In this document: positions 1 to 9,097 of the stretch, piece by piece
Position numbering within the stretch: position 1 is the stretch's first letter
Layout of the letters: the number at the start of each line of letters is the position of its first letter
From: Acidobacteriota bacterium
GTDB lineage: Bacteria > Acidobacteriota > Vicinamibacteria > Vicinamibacterales > UBA2999
Length of the DNA: 64,000 nt
NCBI GenBank assembly: GCA_016213695.1
Contig: JACQZV010000025.1
Span: forward strand, 14,965 to 78,964
Direction: 5' to 3'
Notes under the pieces: model-generated
Told to the model about the DNA's origin: nothing
The model's database searches: none
The model's input: the letters and a program-made list of their open reading frames with translations, nothing else
Position numbers and translations under genes: made by a program

Positions 1-731
1 TCCGGGCCTTCGACGTGCCGCTCGTAGAGCAGGCGCCCCGTTCCGTCGTACTTCTGGAACATCGGACGCCCCGTGAGGACGACGTAGAAGTAGCCGCCCG
101 TCGGGTCGGCGAGCGGCAGCCCCGCGTTGAGCGCGAGATGCACGTCGCGGTCCTGCTCCTGGCCGGTGTCGCGCAGCCTCCCGAAGCTCCGCTGCGGGTA
201 TCCCGACTGTGAGTACTCGGTGACGAGCGCGCCGCTTTCCGGGTGGCTGATGAGCAGCGTCGGTTCGGTGAACTGAATCGACGCGATGCCGCTCAGCACG
301 AGCGGCCCCACCTCAACCAGTGCGGTCCGCTGCCGGGCCGGCAGGAAGAAGCCGGCGCGGCGGATCCCGCCGCCGCCGAAGATCTGGATCCGGTCGACGC
401 CGCGCGGCGCGTCCGCGACGACAAACGACCCGCTCGGCGAGGTGTCGAAGCCGCGCGGCTGCAGGATGCGTCCGAGCTCGGGGCCGATCTCCACCAGCTT
501 GATCGCCGCCGTCTTGTCCGCATCGACGGCGTACACCGTGTGGCCGCGCCGGTCGAAGACGTAGTACGGCCCGCCGGGCGCCTGCTGAAAGCCGAGCGGC
601 TCTTCGAACAGGCCGGCGATGTGGGGAGGCAGGCCGCCGGTGGCGCGCAGCACCTCGACGGCGAGCCGGGCGCCGGCCTGCGTGGTGAGGAGCGCGGATG
701 CCACGAGAAGAGCGGTCACAACGCGGCGCAT
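1..731 (-). CDS. hypothetical secreted protein; only the 5' part is present because the gene runs off the left edge
   Basis: Hand translation of the minus strand from ATG at 731..729 gives MRRVVTALLVASALLTTQAGARLAVEV..., with a signal-peptide-like N-terminus. The frame stays open to position 1. It is missing from the ORF track because there is no stop inside the window. No family was recognised. Confidence 0.5.
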   Translation of the reverse strand, partial: MRRVVTALLVASALLTTQAGARLAVEVLRATGGLPPHIAGLFEEPLGFQQAPGGPYYVFDRRGHTVYAVDADKTAAIKLVEIGPELGRILQPRGFDTSPSGSFVVADAPRGVDRIQIFGGGGIRRAGFFLPARQRTALVEVGPLVLSGIASIQFTEPTLLISHPESGALVTEYSQSGYPQRSFGRLRDTGQEQDRDVHLALNAGLPLADPTGGYFYVVLTGRPMFQKYDGTGRLLYERHVEGP

Positions 732-744
732 TTCACCTCACCGG

Positions 745-811
745 GCCACGGAGTCACGGAGGCACGGAGCCAACAAGAGGTCTTTCCTCCGTGTCCCCGT
801 GTCTCCGTGGC
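745..811. repeat. octamer-repeat palindrome (CACGGAGN x3 / loop / NCTCCGTG x3), likely terminator hairpin
   Basis: The left arm GCCACGGAGTCACGGAGGCACGGAG (745..769) pairs with the right arm CTCCGTGTCCCCGTGTCTCCGTGGC (787..811) at 22 of 25 positions. It lies just downstream of the E1 dehydrogenase stop. Confidence 0.7.
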
Positions 812-831
812 TTGTGGATGCGAAGCGTATC

Positions 832-2988
832 TCAGTATGCGGCGAGGGTGCGAATGGCCTCGAGGACATCGGCCGTGCTCGGGAGGATCTCCTCCTCGAG
901 CGCCGGTGCGTAGGCCACCGGGCAATCGAGCGCCGCCACGCGCGTCACGGGCGCGTCCAGGTACTCGAAGAGCTCCTGCCCGATCCGGGCGGCGATTTCG
1001 GCGCCGAAGCCGCACGTGAGCTGATCTTCATACGCCACCACGACGCGGCTGGTCTTCCGCGTGTAGGCGGCAATCGTCTCCCAGTCGTACGGAATGATCG
1101 TCCGCAGGTCGATGACCGCCACGCTGAGGCCGTCGCGCTCGGCCTGATGCGCGGCCAGCAGCGACCGGTGCACGAGCGCGCCCCAGGTGAACACCACCAC
1201 GTCGGTGCCTTCGCGCGCGACGGCCGCCCTGCCGAACGGCACCATGTAGTCGGGGCCCGGATACGCCGCCTTGTTGTACGGCTGCCGGTACAGATGCTTG
1301 TGTTCGAGGAAGAGCACCGGGTCGTCGCAGCGGATCGCCGTGCGCAGCAGCCCCGAGGCGTCCTGGGCGTTTGACGGGAACGCGATCCGGATGCCGGGCG
1401 AGTGCGCGAAGATGGCGACGCCCGACTGGCTGTGATACGGCGCGCCGCCCCGCAGGTAGCCGCCGATCGGCACGCGGATCACCATGGGACACGACCAGTG
1501 GTTGCCCGACCGGTAGCGCATCATCGCCATCTCGTCGCGCAGCTGCATGAAGGCCGGCCAGATGTAGTCGAAGAACTGAATCTCGACGACCGGCTTCAAC
1601 CCGCGCAGCGCCATGCCGACGCCGCGGCCGATGATGTTGGCTTCGGCGAGCGGCGAGTTGAACACGCGATCGCTGCCGTAGAGCCGCTGGAGGCCGTGCG
1701 TCACCTTGAAGACGCCCCCCTTGCCGGCCACGCTGGCCAGGGCCTCCTCGCGCGAGGCGTCGGCGACGGCCTCGCCGAACCCGACGACCCGCGGGTCGTG
1801 CGCCATCTCGTCGCGCAGCGTGGCGTTGATGACGCCCACCATCGTGTCCGCCTTGCCGCCGTTCGGCGGCGGCGGGGCTGGCGACGTCGCGAACGCCTCG
1901 GAGGTCGGATCGACGTCGGGCGAGAAGACATAGAGCGCGGCGGACCCGGGCTCGGGCTTCGGCGCCTTCAGCGCCTCCTCGGCCGCGGCGTTGACCTCGC
2001 GCTCGACCGACGCCTGTATCCCGGCGAGGTCGGCGTCGGTCGCCAGCTCCGCTGATTTCAGGAAGTGGCGCATCCGCACCAGCGGATCGCGCCGCGCCTC
2101 CGCGTCGCGCTCCGCCGCCGTCTTGTACAGCTTCTCGTCGTCGGAGAGCGAGTGCGAGTACGGGCGGATGACGGTGGCGTGCACGAACACCGGCCCCTTG
2201 CCGCCGCGGACGTGCGCCACCGCGTCGCCGAGCGTGCGGTAGCTCGCCAGGTAGTCGGTGCCGTCGCAGCGGAGCGTCCGCAGGCCGGGGAAGTGCTCGA
2301 CGATGCGCGAGATGTCGCCGCCGGGGGTCTGTGTCTCGACCGGCACCGAGATGGCGTAGCCGTTGTCCTCGCACAGATACAGGATCGGCAGCCGCCGCGT
2401 GCAGGAGGTGTTCAGCGATTCCCAGAACTCGCCTTCGCTCGTGGCGCCGTCGCCGATCGAGACGTAGGTGACCTCATCCTCGCGGGCCAGGGAGTCACGG
2501 TCGGGGATGTCGGTGACGTGCCGGTAGATGACGCCGGCTTCGGCGCAGCCGACCGCGTGAAGACACTGCGTGCCGGTGGCGCTGCTCTGCGACGGGATGT
2601 GCAGGCGCCGGTGTCCCCAGTGAGAGGGCATCTGCCGGCCGCCGGACGAGGGGTCGTCCTTGGCGCCCACCGACGCGAGGAACATCTCGAGCGGCGTGAA
2701 CCCGAGCGCGAGGCAGAGCGCGCGGTCGCGGTAGTACGGAAAGAACCAGTCGTAGCCGCCGCGCAGTTGCAAGCCGGCGGCGACGAGCACCGCCTCGTGG
2801 CCCGCGCCGCTGATCTGGAAGAACGCCTGGCTCTGGTTCTTGAGCTGGATCTCCTTGTCGTCGACCTTCCGCGACAGGAGCATCAGGCGGTAGGCAGCGA
2901 GCAGCTCGTCCCGGGTCAGTCCCTCGTGCTCGTCTGCGCGTGTGCTCCGGCCGGCGGCGCGCGCCTCCGCCAGGGACGACCCCTTCAT
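832..2988 (-). CDS. fused 2-oxoacid dehydrogenase E1 component, alpha+beta subunits (TPP-dependent)
   Basis: Lies in ORF 832..3282. ATG at 2988 gives [13 protein letters not shown].... The N-terminal half resembles E1-alpha (GAGHEAV, TPP-binding GDGATSEG) and the C-terminal half resembles E1-beta/transketolase ([13 protein letters not shown]). Confidence 0.9.
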   Translation of the reverse strand: MKGSSLAEARAAGRSTRADEHEGLTRDELLAAYRLMLLSRKVDDKEIQLKNQSQAFFQISGAGHEAVLVAAGLQLRGGYDWFFPYYRDRALCLALGFTPLEMFLASVGAKDDPSSGGRQMPSHWGHRRLHIPSQSSATGTQCLHAVGCAEAGVIYRHVTDIPDRDSLAREDEVTYVSIGDGATSEGEFWESLNTSCTRRLPILYLCEDNGYAISVPVETQTPGGDISRIVEHFPGLRTLRCDGTDYLASYRTLGDAVAHVRGGKGPVFVHATVIRPYSHSLSDDEKLYKTAAERDAEARRDPLVRMRHFLKSAELATDADLAGIQASVEREVNAAAEEALKAPKPEPGSAALYVFSPDVDPTSEAFATSPAPPPPNGGKADTMVGVINATLRDEMAHDPRVVGFGEAVADASREEALASVAGKGGVFKVTHGLQRLYGSDRVFNSPLAEANIIGRGVGMALRGLKPVVEIQFFDYIWPAFMQLRDEMAMMRYRSGNHWSCPMVIRVPIGGYLRGGAPYHSQSGVAIFAHSPGIRIAFPSNAQDASGLLRTAIRCDDPVLFLEHKHLYRQPYNKAAYPGPDYMVPFGRAAVAREGTDVVVFTWGALVHRSLLAAHQAERDGLSVAVIDLRTIIPYDWETIAAYTRKTSRVVVAYEDQLTCGFGAEIAARIGQELFEYLDAPVTRVAALDCPVAYAPALEEEILPSTADVLEAIRTLAAY

Positions 2989-3021
2989 ACGGGCGCCAAT
3001 TATGGCACTATCGGGAAGGCC

Positions 3022-3363
3022 ATGACTACCGTGCGGGTGCACCGGTGGGACGAGATCGCGCTCGAGAAGATTACGGAGATGATTTCGCAGAAAATCATCT
3101 CCGGCGAGCGCGAGATGCTCGCGCAGATCTATCTCAAACGCGGCGCGCTCGTGCCGATGCACGCCCACGACAGCGAGCAGATGACCTATATCCTCCAGGG
3201 CGCGCTCCGGTGCCTCGTGGGCGGCGAGGAGGTCACGGTGCGGGAGGGCGATGTGCTGCACATCCCGTCGGGGACCCCCCATCAGGCCGAGGCGCTCGAG
3301 GACACGTTCGAGCTCGACGTATTCAGCCCGATCCGGCGCGACTGGATTGGTGACCCCGGGTAA
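3022..3363 (+). CDS. cupin domain protein
   Basis: Internal ATG of ORF 2065..3363 gives [11 protein letters not shown].... Cupin motifs PMHAHDSEQ...[12 protein letters not shown] are present. Confidence 0.75.
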   Translation: MTTVRVHRWDEIALEKITEMISQKIISGEREMLAQIYLKRGALVPMHAHDSEQMTYILQGALRCLVGGEEVTVREGDVLHIPSGTPHQAEALEDTFELDVFSPIRRDWIGDPG

Positions 3364-3821
3364 TGGCGGCCGCGATCAAGCCGGCATCGTCTGGGGGCGC
3401 GTCCGGGTTCGCGCTGCGCCTGCTCGCCTTCCTGCTCGGCGTGTTCTTCATCTTCAACGGGATCGACAAGGCCGCCTGGTTTGCCGACAGCAGCCTGCTC
3501 GCGGAGCGGCTGGCCGGGTGGTCGCAGAACGGGACGGCGGCGACGCGCTGGTACATCGATACGGTGGCGCGGCCGGGCGTGCCGCTGTTCGCACGGCTCG
3601 TCCCGCTGGCCGAGCTCGCGACGGGCGCCGCGCTCGTGGTCGGATGGTGGACGCGTCCGGTCGCGCTGGCCGCGCTCGTGATGGTGTCGAACTTCAACTT
3701 CGCGCGCGGGATGTTTCACACCGGCGAGATCCTGACCGACGGCGTCGGGCTGCCCGTGATGGGCGCGCTCCTGGCGCTGGTGATTGCCGGCGCGCGGCTG
3801 CCGGGGAGGGTGGGCAGGTAG
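3363..3821 (+). CDS. DoxX-like small membrane protein
   Basis: 152-aa ORF with about four hydrophobic helices. Its start overlaps the cupin stop (TAATG). Confidence 0.55.
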   Translation: MAAAIKPASSGGASGFALRLLAFLLGVFFIFNGIDKAAWFADSSLLAERLAGWSQNGTAATRWYIDTVARPGVPLFARLVPLAELATGAALVVGWWTRPVALAALVMVSNFNFARGMFHTGEILTDGVGLPVMGALLALVIAGARLPGRVGR

Positions 3822-3923
3822 TGGGCAGATAGTGGGCAGTGGGCAGTGGGCAGTTGAATCTGCCTACAGCCCACCGCCCACCGCCCACCGCCTATCGCCC
3901 ACCGCCCACTGCCCACTGCCCAC
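3808..3923. terminator. heptad-repeat (GTGGGCA)n / (CCCACYG)n long hairpin between convergent genes
   Basis: The left arm has 5-6 GTGGGCA units, the loop is TTGAATC, and the right arm has 8 CCCACCG/CCCACTG units. It fills the whole gap between the DoxX stop and the rhomboid stop. Confidence 0.6.
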
Positions 3924-4672
3924 TAATGTACGCGCCGGTTGATGTCGTCGGTGCGGCCGCCCGAGTAGACGTCAAAGCGGCGCCGCATGCGGTTGATGCG
4001 CCACTTCAGATAGCGGTACTTGATCTCGGCGATCGCGCCGGTGCGCCGGCCGCCCTTCAGATAGAGGTACGCCGCCAGCAGGCCGCCGAGGTGTGTCGTG
4101 TGCGCAATGCCGCCGCCCGGCCCGCCCATCGATGACAGCAGCGAGATGGCGCCGATGATCATCACGAAGTACTTCGCGGGGACGGGAAAGACGAAGTACA
4201 GGTAGATCGGCCGGTGCGGGAAATAGAGCGCGTAGGCGAGCAGCACGCCGTAGACGGCGCCCGAGGCGCCGATCGTCAGCGAGTAGTACAACTGGTCCGC
4301 GAAGGGCAGCGGCGTGAACGCGAGCGCGAGCGTCGTCAGCGCCGCGCCGCCGCCGCTGACGAAGTAGAACCGGGTGAAATACCGGCTGCCCCACATGCGC
4401 TCGAGCTCCACGCCGAACATCCAGAGCGCGAGCATGTTGAAGAGGATGTGAAAGATCCCCCCGTGCAGGAACATGTACGTGACGGGCTGCCAGAGGTACA
4501 GGCGGCCCACGACGTCGGCGGGACGCATGCCGAAGAGCAGCGTCACCGGCGGCACGACGAGCGCGACGAGAAAGGCGGCCACGTTGGCCACGACGAGCGC
4601 CTTGATCGCGGGCGTGAGCGGCCCGGGTCCGAACGACGAGGCGAACGTGGAGGAGGCGGGCGGTCGGCGCAT
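3923..4672 (-). CDS. rhomboid family intramembrane serine protease
   Basis: 249-aa ORF with a GASGAVYG catalytic Ser motif and a downstream HLGGLLAAY His motif. Multi-pass membrane profile. Confidence 0.85.
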   Translation of the reverse strand: MRRPPASSTFASSFGPGPLTPAIKALVVANVAAFLVALVVPPVTLLFGMRPADVVGRLYLWQPVTYMFLHGGIFHILFNMLALWMFGVELERMWGSRYFTRFYFVSGGGAALTTLALAFTPLPFADQLYYSLTIGASGAVYGVLLAYALYFPHRPIYLYFVFPVPAKYFVMIIGAISLLSSMGGPGGGIAHTTHLGGLLAAYLYLKGGRRTGAIAEIKYRYLKWRINRMRRRFDVYSGGRTDDINRRVH

Positions 4673-4708
4673 CAGATCACGACCGTGTCAGTCTGTTCCA
4701 ACCACAGC

Positions 4709-5923
4709 CTATCGAGCAACATCCGTATCGGTTGCTTCGGGCGTCCCGACGCCGGCCGCGCGGGCCGGCGCGTGGGTCGGCGTGTCTTTGGGCAGCGGCG
4801 CCGCGAACAGCGCGGCCACGAGCGGCATGAAGGCCATCACGACCAGCGCCCGCTCGATGCCGATGCGGTCGGCCAGCATGCCGACAAACGGGACGGCAAT
4901 GCCCCCCATGCCCCACGCGAAGCCCATCATCAGCGACGAGACGGTGGCGGCGCTGATCGGGGCGATCGTCTGGCCGAAGGTGACGTTCACCGGCAGCGTC
5001 GACTGCAGCAGAAATCCGCCGATCGAGACCAGCGCCACGAACAGCCATCCGGTCTGCGCCGGCGCGAGCGCGAGAAACGGCACCGCGAGGATGAGCGACC
5101 AGAGAATGACGTTGCGCGCGCCGTAGCGGTCGGCCAGGGGCCCGCCGAGAAACCCGCCGACACTGCTGACGAACAGGTAGACGGCGCTGACCGTGCCCGC
5201 CTCCGCCAGCGACATGCCGCGGCGAGTCAGCATCACCGGCATGAACGTGGCGAAGCTCAGGGCGCCGAGCGTGCGCAGCACCACGATCATGTAGAGCAGC
5301 GTGAGCGGCTTCCGGTACGGCGCGAGCGCGCGGAAGCCGCCGGCGGCGCCGGGCTCGGTGAGACGCTCGACCCGGGGCACGCGCCGGAGCACGACGGCGA
5401 GAATCGCCAGCCCGGGGAGCATCAGGAGCGGCATCCACCGCAGGCCGTACCGCTCCGCGAACGGCGCGAACACGAGCGGGCCCAGCGAAAAGCCGAGCGA
5501 GCCGCCGGTGATGTGAAACGACATCGCGTAGCCCTTGCGCACGCCGGCCAGCCTGTGGACCATCGCGGCGGCCGGCGGATGAAACGCCGCCGCGCCGAGC
5601 CCGCCGGCGACGAGCACGACGCCGAGCATCACCGGCGTGGACGCGAGGCCGATGAGCGTCAGCAGCGAGACGGTCACGATCGGCCCCGCCACCAGCAGCA
5701 CGCGCGGGCGCCAGCGGTCCGCCACATGGCCGAAGCCGAGCTGCGCCACCGAGTTGGCCATCTGGAAACACATCTGCAGCGTGCCGGCGGCCGCGAGCGA
5801 GAGGCCGAGCTGCGGGATGAGCAGCGGCAGCAGCGGCGCGTAGATGTTGCTGAAGCCGTCCACCAGGAAGTGGGTGCTTGCCAGCAGCAGCACCGTCGGA
5901 TGCAGTCCGAGCGGACGTTTCAT
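4709..5923 (-). CDS. MFS transporter
   Basis: Lies in ORF 4709..5962. 12-TM-like hydrophobic profile with an MFS-type loop ADRWRPR. The start was moved to ATG 5923 (MKRPLGL...) because the first 13 codons of the ORF lie in the repeat element. Confidence 0.8.
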   Translation of the reverse strand: MKRPLGLHPTVLLLASTHFLVDGFSNIYAPLLPLLIPQLGLSLAAAGTLQMCFQMANSVAQLGFGHVADRWRPRVLLVAGPIVTVSLLTLIGLASTPVMLGVVLVAGGLGAAAFHPPAAAMVHRLAGVRKGYAMSFHITGGSLGFSLGPLVFAPFAERYGLRWMPLLMLPGLAILAVVLRRVPRVERLTEPGAAGGFRALAPYRKPLTLLYMIVVLRTLGALSFATFMPVMLTRRGMSLAEAGTVSAVYLFVSSVGGFLGGPLADRYGARNVILWSLILAVPFLALAPAQTGWLFVALVSIGGFLLQSTLPVNVTFGQTIAPISAATVSSLMMGFAWGMGGIAVPFVGMLADRIGIERALVVMAFMPLVAALFAAPLPKDTPTHAPARAAGVGTPEATDTDVAR

Positions 5924-5934
5924 GGGTTCCACGG

Positions 5935-6002
5935 GCCACGGAGACACAGAGACACGGAGCAACGTTGACCACAGATTCTCCGTGCCTTCGTGGCTCCGTG
6001 GC
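5935..6002. repeat. octamer-repeat palindrome, same family as 745..811
   Basis: GCCACGGAGACACAGAGACACGGAG (5935..5959) pairs with CTCCGTGCCTTCGTGGCTCCGTGGC (5978..6002) at 21 of 25 positions. It lies between the murJ stop and the MFS start. Confidence 0.7.
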
Positions 6003-6008
6003 TCGTCG

Positions 6009-7607
6009 TCATCGTCGAAACCGCCGCAGCACGATCGCCATCCCCTCCCGGAACTCCCGGATGCGCAGCAGGTGCGCGGCGGCGGCGAGCACGGCGAGAG
6101 CGATGCCGATCGACGCGATCAGCCGGCCCACCTGCGGCCAGAGGCCGTCGCCCGGCAGCCACCGGACGCCCGCCCGGTCGGCGGCGGCGGCGGCCGCCGC
6201 CATCACCAGCGACGCGACGGCGATGCGGACGAACGACCCGGCCACGCGCGCGCCCTCCAGGCCCCCGAGCCGCCGCTGCAGCAGCACGATCAGGATCGAC
6301 GCGTTGAACAGTGCGGCGATCGACGTGCCGAGCGCCAGTCCCCGGTAGCCCATGATGCGGACCAGCGCCAGGTTCAGCACGGCGTTCACCGCGACCGTGG
6401 CCACGCTCACCGCCACCGGCGTCCGGTTCCGGCCGAGCGCGTAGAACACGGGCGACGCGATCCGGACGACGGAATAGCCGACGAGGCCGAGCGCGTAGAA
6501 CTGCAGCGCGGCGGCGGTCGCCGCGGTGTCGGCGGCGGTGAACGCGGCGCGCTCGAAGATCACGCGCACGATCGGCACCGCCAGCGCCAGCAGGCCGGCC
6601 GTGGCCGGCACGTTCAGGATGAACATCAGCGACAGCCCGTCGGCCACCGTGCGGCGCACGTGGTGGTCCTCGCCGCCCGCCGCGTGGCGCGACACCGCCG
6701 GGAGCGTCGCCGTCGCGATCGAGATGCCGAACAGCCCGATCGGCAGATACATCAGCCGGAACGCGTAGTTGAGCCACGAGACCGCGCCGGTCCCCTCGCC
6801 GGTGGCGAGCACCGTGTTGACGAACACGTTCACCTGCGTCGCCGCCAGGCCGAGCGTGCCGGGCCCCATCAGGACGAGCACGCGCCGGAGGCTCTCATCG
6901 CGCCAGTCGAGCGCCGGCCGGTACGCGAAGCCCTCGCGCCGCAGCGCCGGCCACTGCACGGCGACCTGCAGCACGCCGCCGACGAGCGTCCCGATGGCGA
7001 TGCCGGCGATCGGCGCCAGGCCGAGGGCCGGCATGAGCGGCACCAGCAGGAACGCGCACGCGATCGTCGCCACGTTGAACATCGCCGGCGAGAGCGCGGG
7101 AATGAAGAAGCGGTGCAGCGAGTTCAACATGCCCATGCACGCCGCCGCCAGGGCGACCAGCATGAGGAACGGCAGCATGATCCGCGTCAGCGAGACCGTC
7201 AGTTCTATCTTGCCCGGCACGCTGCGGTAGGCCCCGGCGAACAGGTCGACAATCGGGCCCGCGAACACGATGCCGAGCACGACGAGGATCGCCGTGATGA
7301 CGATGAGCGCGTTGACCACGTTGTTGCCGACGCGCCAGGCCGACTCCCGGCCGTCGGTGGCGAGGTGGCGGGTGAAGGTGGGCACGAAGGCGCTGCTCAT
7401 CGCGCCTTCGGCAAACAGGTCGCGGACGAGATTGGGAATGCGGAACGCCACGTTGTAGGCGTCCATGGCGTTGCCGGCGCCGAAGAGCGCGGCGAGCACC
7501 TGCTCGCGGACGACCCCGAGGATCCGGCTCAGCATGGTCGCGACGCCGGCCGAGGCGGCGGACCGCGCGAGCGTGGAGGAGGACGAGGACGGGGAGTTAG
7601 GCGCCAA
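6009..7607 (-). CDS. murJ: lipid II flippase MurJ (MviN)
   Basis: 532-aa polytopic ORF. The N-terminus ...MLSRILGVVREQVLAALFGAGNAMDAYNVAFRIPNLVRDLFAEGAMSSAFVP is the MurJ signature. TTG start at 7607; the start is uncertain. Confidence 0.9.
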   Translation of the reverse strand: MAPNSPSSSSSTLARSAASAGVATMLSRILGVVREQVLAALFGAGNAMDAYNVAFRIPNLVRDLFAEGAMSSAFVPTFTRHLATDGRESAWRVGNNVVNALIVITAILVVLGIVFAGPIVDLFAGAYRSVPGKIELTVSLTRIMLPFLMLVALAAACMGMLNSLHRFFIPALSPAMFNVATIACAFLLVPLMPALGLAPIAGIAIGTLVGGVLQVAVQWPALRREGFAYRPALDWRDESLRRVLVLMGPGTLGLAATQVNVFVNTVLATGEGTGAVSWLNYAFRLMYLPIGLFGISIATATLPAVSRHAAGGEDHHVRRTVADGLSLMFILNVPATAGLLALAVPIVRVIFERAAFTAADTAATAAALQFYALGLVGYSVVRIASPVFYALGRNRTPVAVSVATVAVNAVLNLALVRIMGYRGLALGTSIAALFNASILIVLLQRRLGGLEGARVAGSFVRIAVASLVMAAAAAAADRAGVRWLPGDGLWPQVGRLIASIGIALAVLAAAAHLLRIREFREGMAIVLRRFRR

Positions 7608-8046
7608 GCTTGCGGCGGACGGCCTCGTTGACCGCGCGGCCGTCGGCGTTTGTGCCGGCGAGCTTCGGCATCACGGCCTTCATCACCTTGCCGACGTCCT
7701 TCGGCGTGCTGGCGCCCGTCTCCGCGATGGCGGCGGCGACCGCGGCGTCGATCTGCTCCCCCGTCGCGGAAGGCGGCAGGTACTCGGCGAGCACGGCCAT
7801 CTCGGCGGTTTCCTTCGCGACCAGATCGGTCCGCCCGGCTTTCGCGAACTGCTCGATCGAGTCGCGCCGCTGCTTGACGAGCGAGCCGATGACCTGGACC
7901 ACCTCGGCGTCGTCGAGGTCGTGCCCCTTCTCGACGCCCTTGTTGGTGATCGCCGCCTTCATCATGCGCAGCGCGGACAGCCGGGCCGCGTCCCTGGCCT
8001 TCATCGCGGCCGCAATGTCGGTGTTGACCTTCTCAGCGAGTGTCAC
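7597..8046 (-). CDS. GatB/YqeY domain protein
   Basis: 149-aa ORF, MTLAEKVNTDIAAAMKARD...VAKETAEMAVLAEYLP, typical of the YqeY family. Confidence 0.85.
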   Translation of the reverse strand: MTLAEKVNTDIAAAMKARDAARLSALRMMKAAITNKGVEKGHDLDDAEVVQVIGSLVKQRRDSIEQFAKAGRTDLVAKETAEMAVLAEYLPPSATGEQIDAAVAAAIAETGASTPKDVGKVMKAVMPKLAGTNADGRAVNEAVRRKLGA

Positions 8047-9090
8047 TTAATGATCCTGATCTGAATCGCCGTAGGTGATGTGCCAGCCGTCGGTGTCGTC
8101 GTAAAAACCTTTCGGCACCTGGACGGCGTTGACTTTCACGCTCACCTCGAGCGTCGACTTGACGTTGAAGTAGCCGTTGCGCCGCAGGACACGCCGGAAT
8201 GCGCCGTGCATGACGTGGCAGCGGACCTTGTCGGCGTCCTCGGCGCGCGCCGCCCGGTCGACCCAGCGGAGCAGCGTCTTGAGGCCCGACACGTCGCCGG
8301 GGTCCACGAGGAAATCGACGAGCAGCGTGACGCGGCCGAGCGGCTCGTGCCGGTGGCGGTACACGGCATAGCCGTGCAGCTCCCCCTGCCGCCGGAGGGC
8401 GACCACCGAGTAGCGGACGTGCGGCGGCTCGATGTAGCGCCAGTTCAGGTACGGCGCGTCGCGGCGCACGGCGAGGTCGTACTTCGGCGCCAGGCGCTCC
8501 CAGAGCGCCGTGAACGTCGTGTCGAAGCGGCGGATCGGTTCGCACTCGGCGCGCAGCGGCCGCGAGCGCGCGACGATCCGGATCACGGGGTGGGTCACCG
8601 CCGACACCAGCCGGTTGAGGGCCGTCGGCCAGTGCGGCAGCCGGACCGCGCGGCGCGTGAGCGGCTTGACGAGACAGGGCAGCACGTGCGGCGTGGGCCA
8701 GTGCAGCCGGTTGAGCACCTGCCGCGTCTCACCGACCGTGCCGAGCGTCAGGACGGCGCCGCAGTGGCGATCCCACGCGCGCACGAGCGCTTCGTCGATG
8801 CCCTGGCTGTCGCGCTCGGGGGCGACCAGCGCGCCCGTGCCCCACGCGCCCTCCACCTCGAGGCCTTTGAGCGAGATGCGCACCGGCAGCGTCGGATACT
8901 GGCCCACGACGGTCGGGCCTTCGCGCGCGACCCAGATGCCGGGCTCGCCCGTCGGATTGTAGGGATTGCGCCGGTGCTGCCAGTCCCACCGCAGCCGGTG
9001 GGCTTCGGCCGCGTCAGGGCCGTGCGTGCGGCGGTACAGCGTCTCCACGCCACGACGATCGTCGGGCCTGAAGCGATCGATCTCCGACAT
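8047..9090 (-). CDS. GNAT-type N-acetyltransferase-like protein
   Basis: Lies in ORF 8047..9195. ATG at 9090 gives MSEIDRFRPDD.... It has two acyl-CoA N-acyltransferase-like halves. The family assignment is from memory only. Confidence 0.55.
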   Translation of the reverse strand: MSEIDRFRPDDRRGVETLYRRTHGPDAAEAHRLRWDWQHRRNPYNPTGEPGIWVAREGPTVVGQYPTLPVRISLKGLEVEGAWGTGALVAPERDSQGIDEALVRAWDRHCGAVLTLGTVGETRQVLNRLHWPTPHVLPCLVKPLTRRAVRLPHWPTALNRLVSAVTHPVIRIVARSRPLRAECEPIRRFDTTFTALWERLAPKYDLAVRRDAPYLNWRYIEPPHVRYSVVALRRQGELHGYAVYRHRHEPLGRVTLLVDFLVDPGDVSGLKTLLRWVDRAARAEDADKVRCHVMHGAFRRVLRRNGYFNVKSTLEVSVKVNAVQVPKGFYDDTDGWHITYGDSDQDH

Positions 9091-9097
9091 GAAAAAA

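Noticed and set aside
832-3282. The N-terminal extensions offered by the ORF track. Examples are 2989..3282 on the E1 gene, 9091..9195 on the GNAT, 10853..11521, 11896..12207, 15523..15792, 41186..41884 on rnhA, 49088..49222 and 62108..62530.
   Set aside because: The extensions overlap the upstream gene or intergenic repeats and are Arg/Pro-rich. They lack homology-like motifs, whereas internal ATG or GTG codons give N-termini typical of each family, often with an SD or a 4-nt stop/start overlap.
3808-3923. The tandem short repeats here, and at 745, 5935 and 27423, considered as CRISPR arrays.
   Set aside because: The unit length is 7-8 nt with no unique spacers. The arrays are under 120 nt, are arranged as inverted halves, and no cas genes are present in the window.
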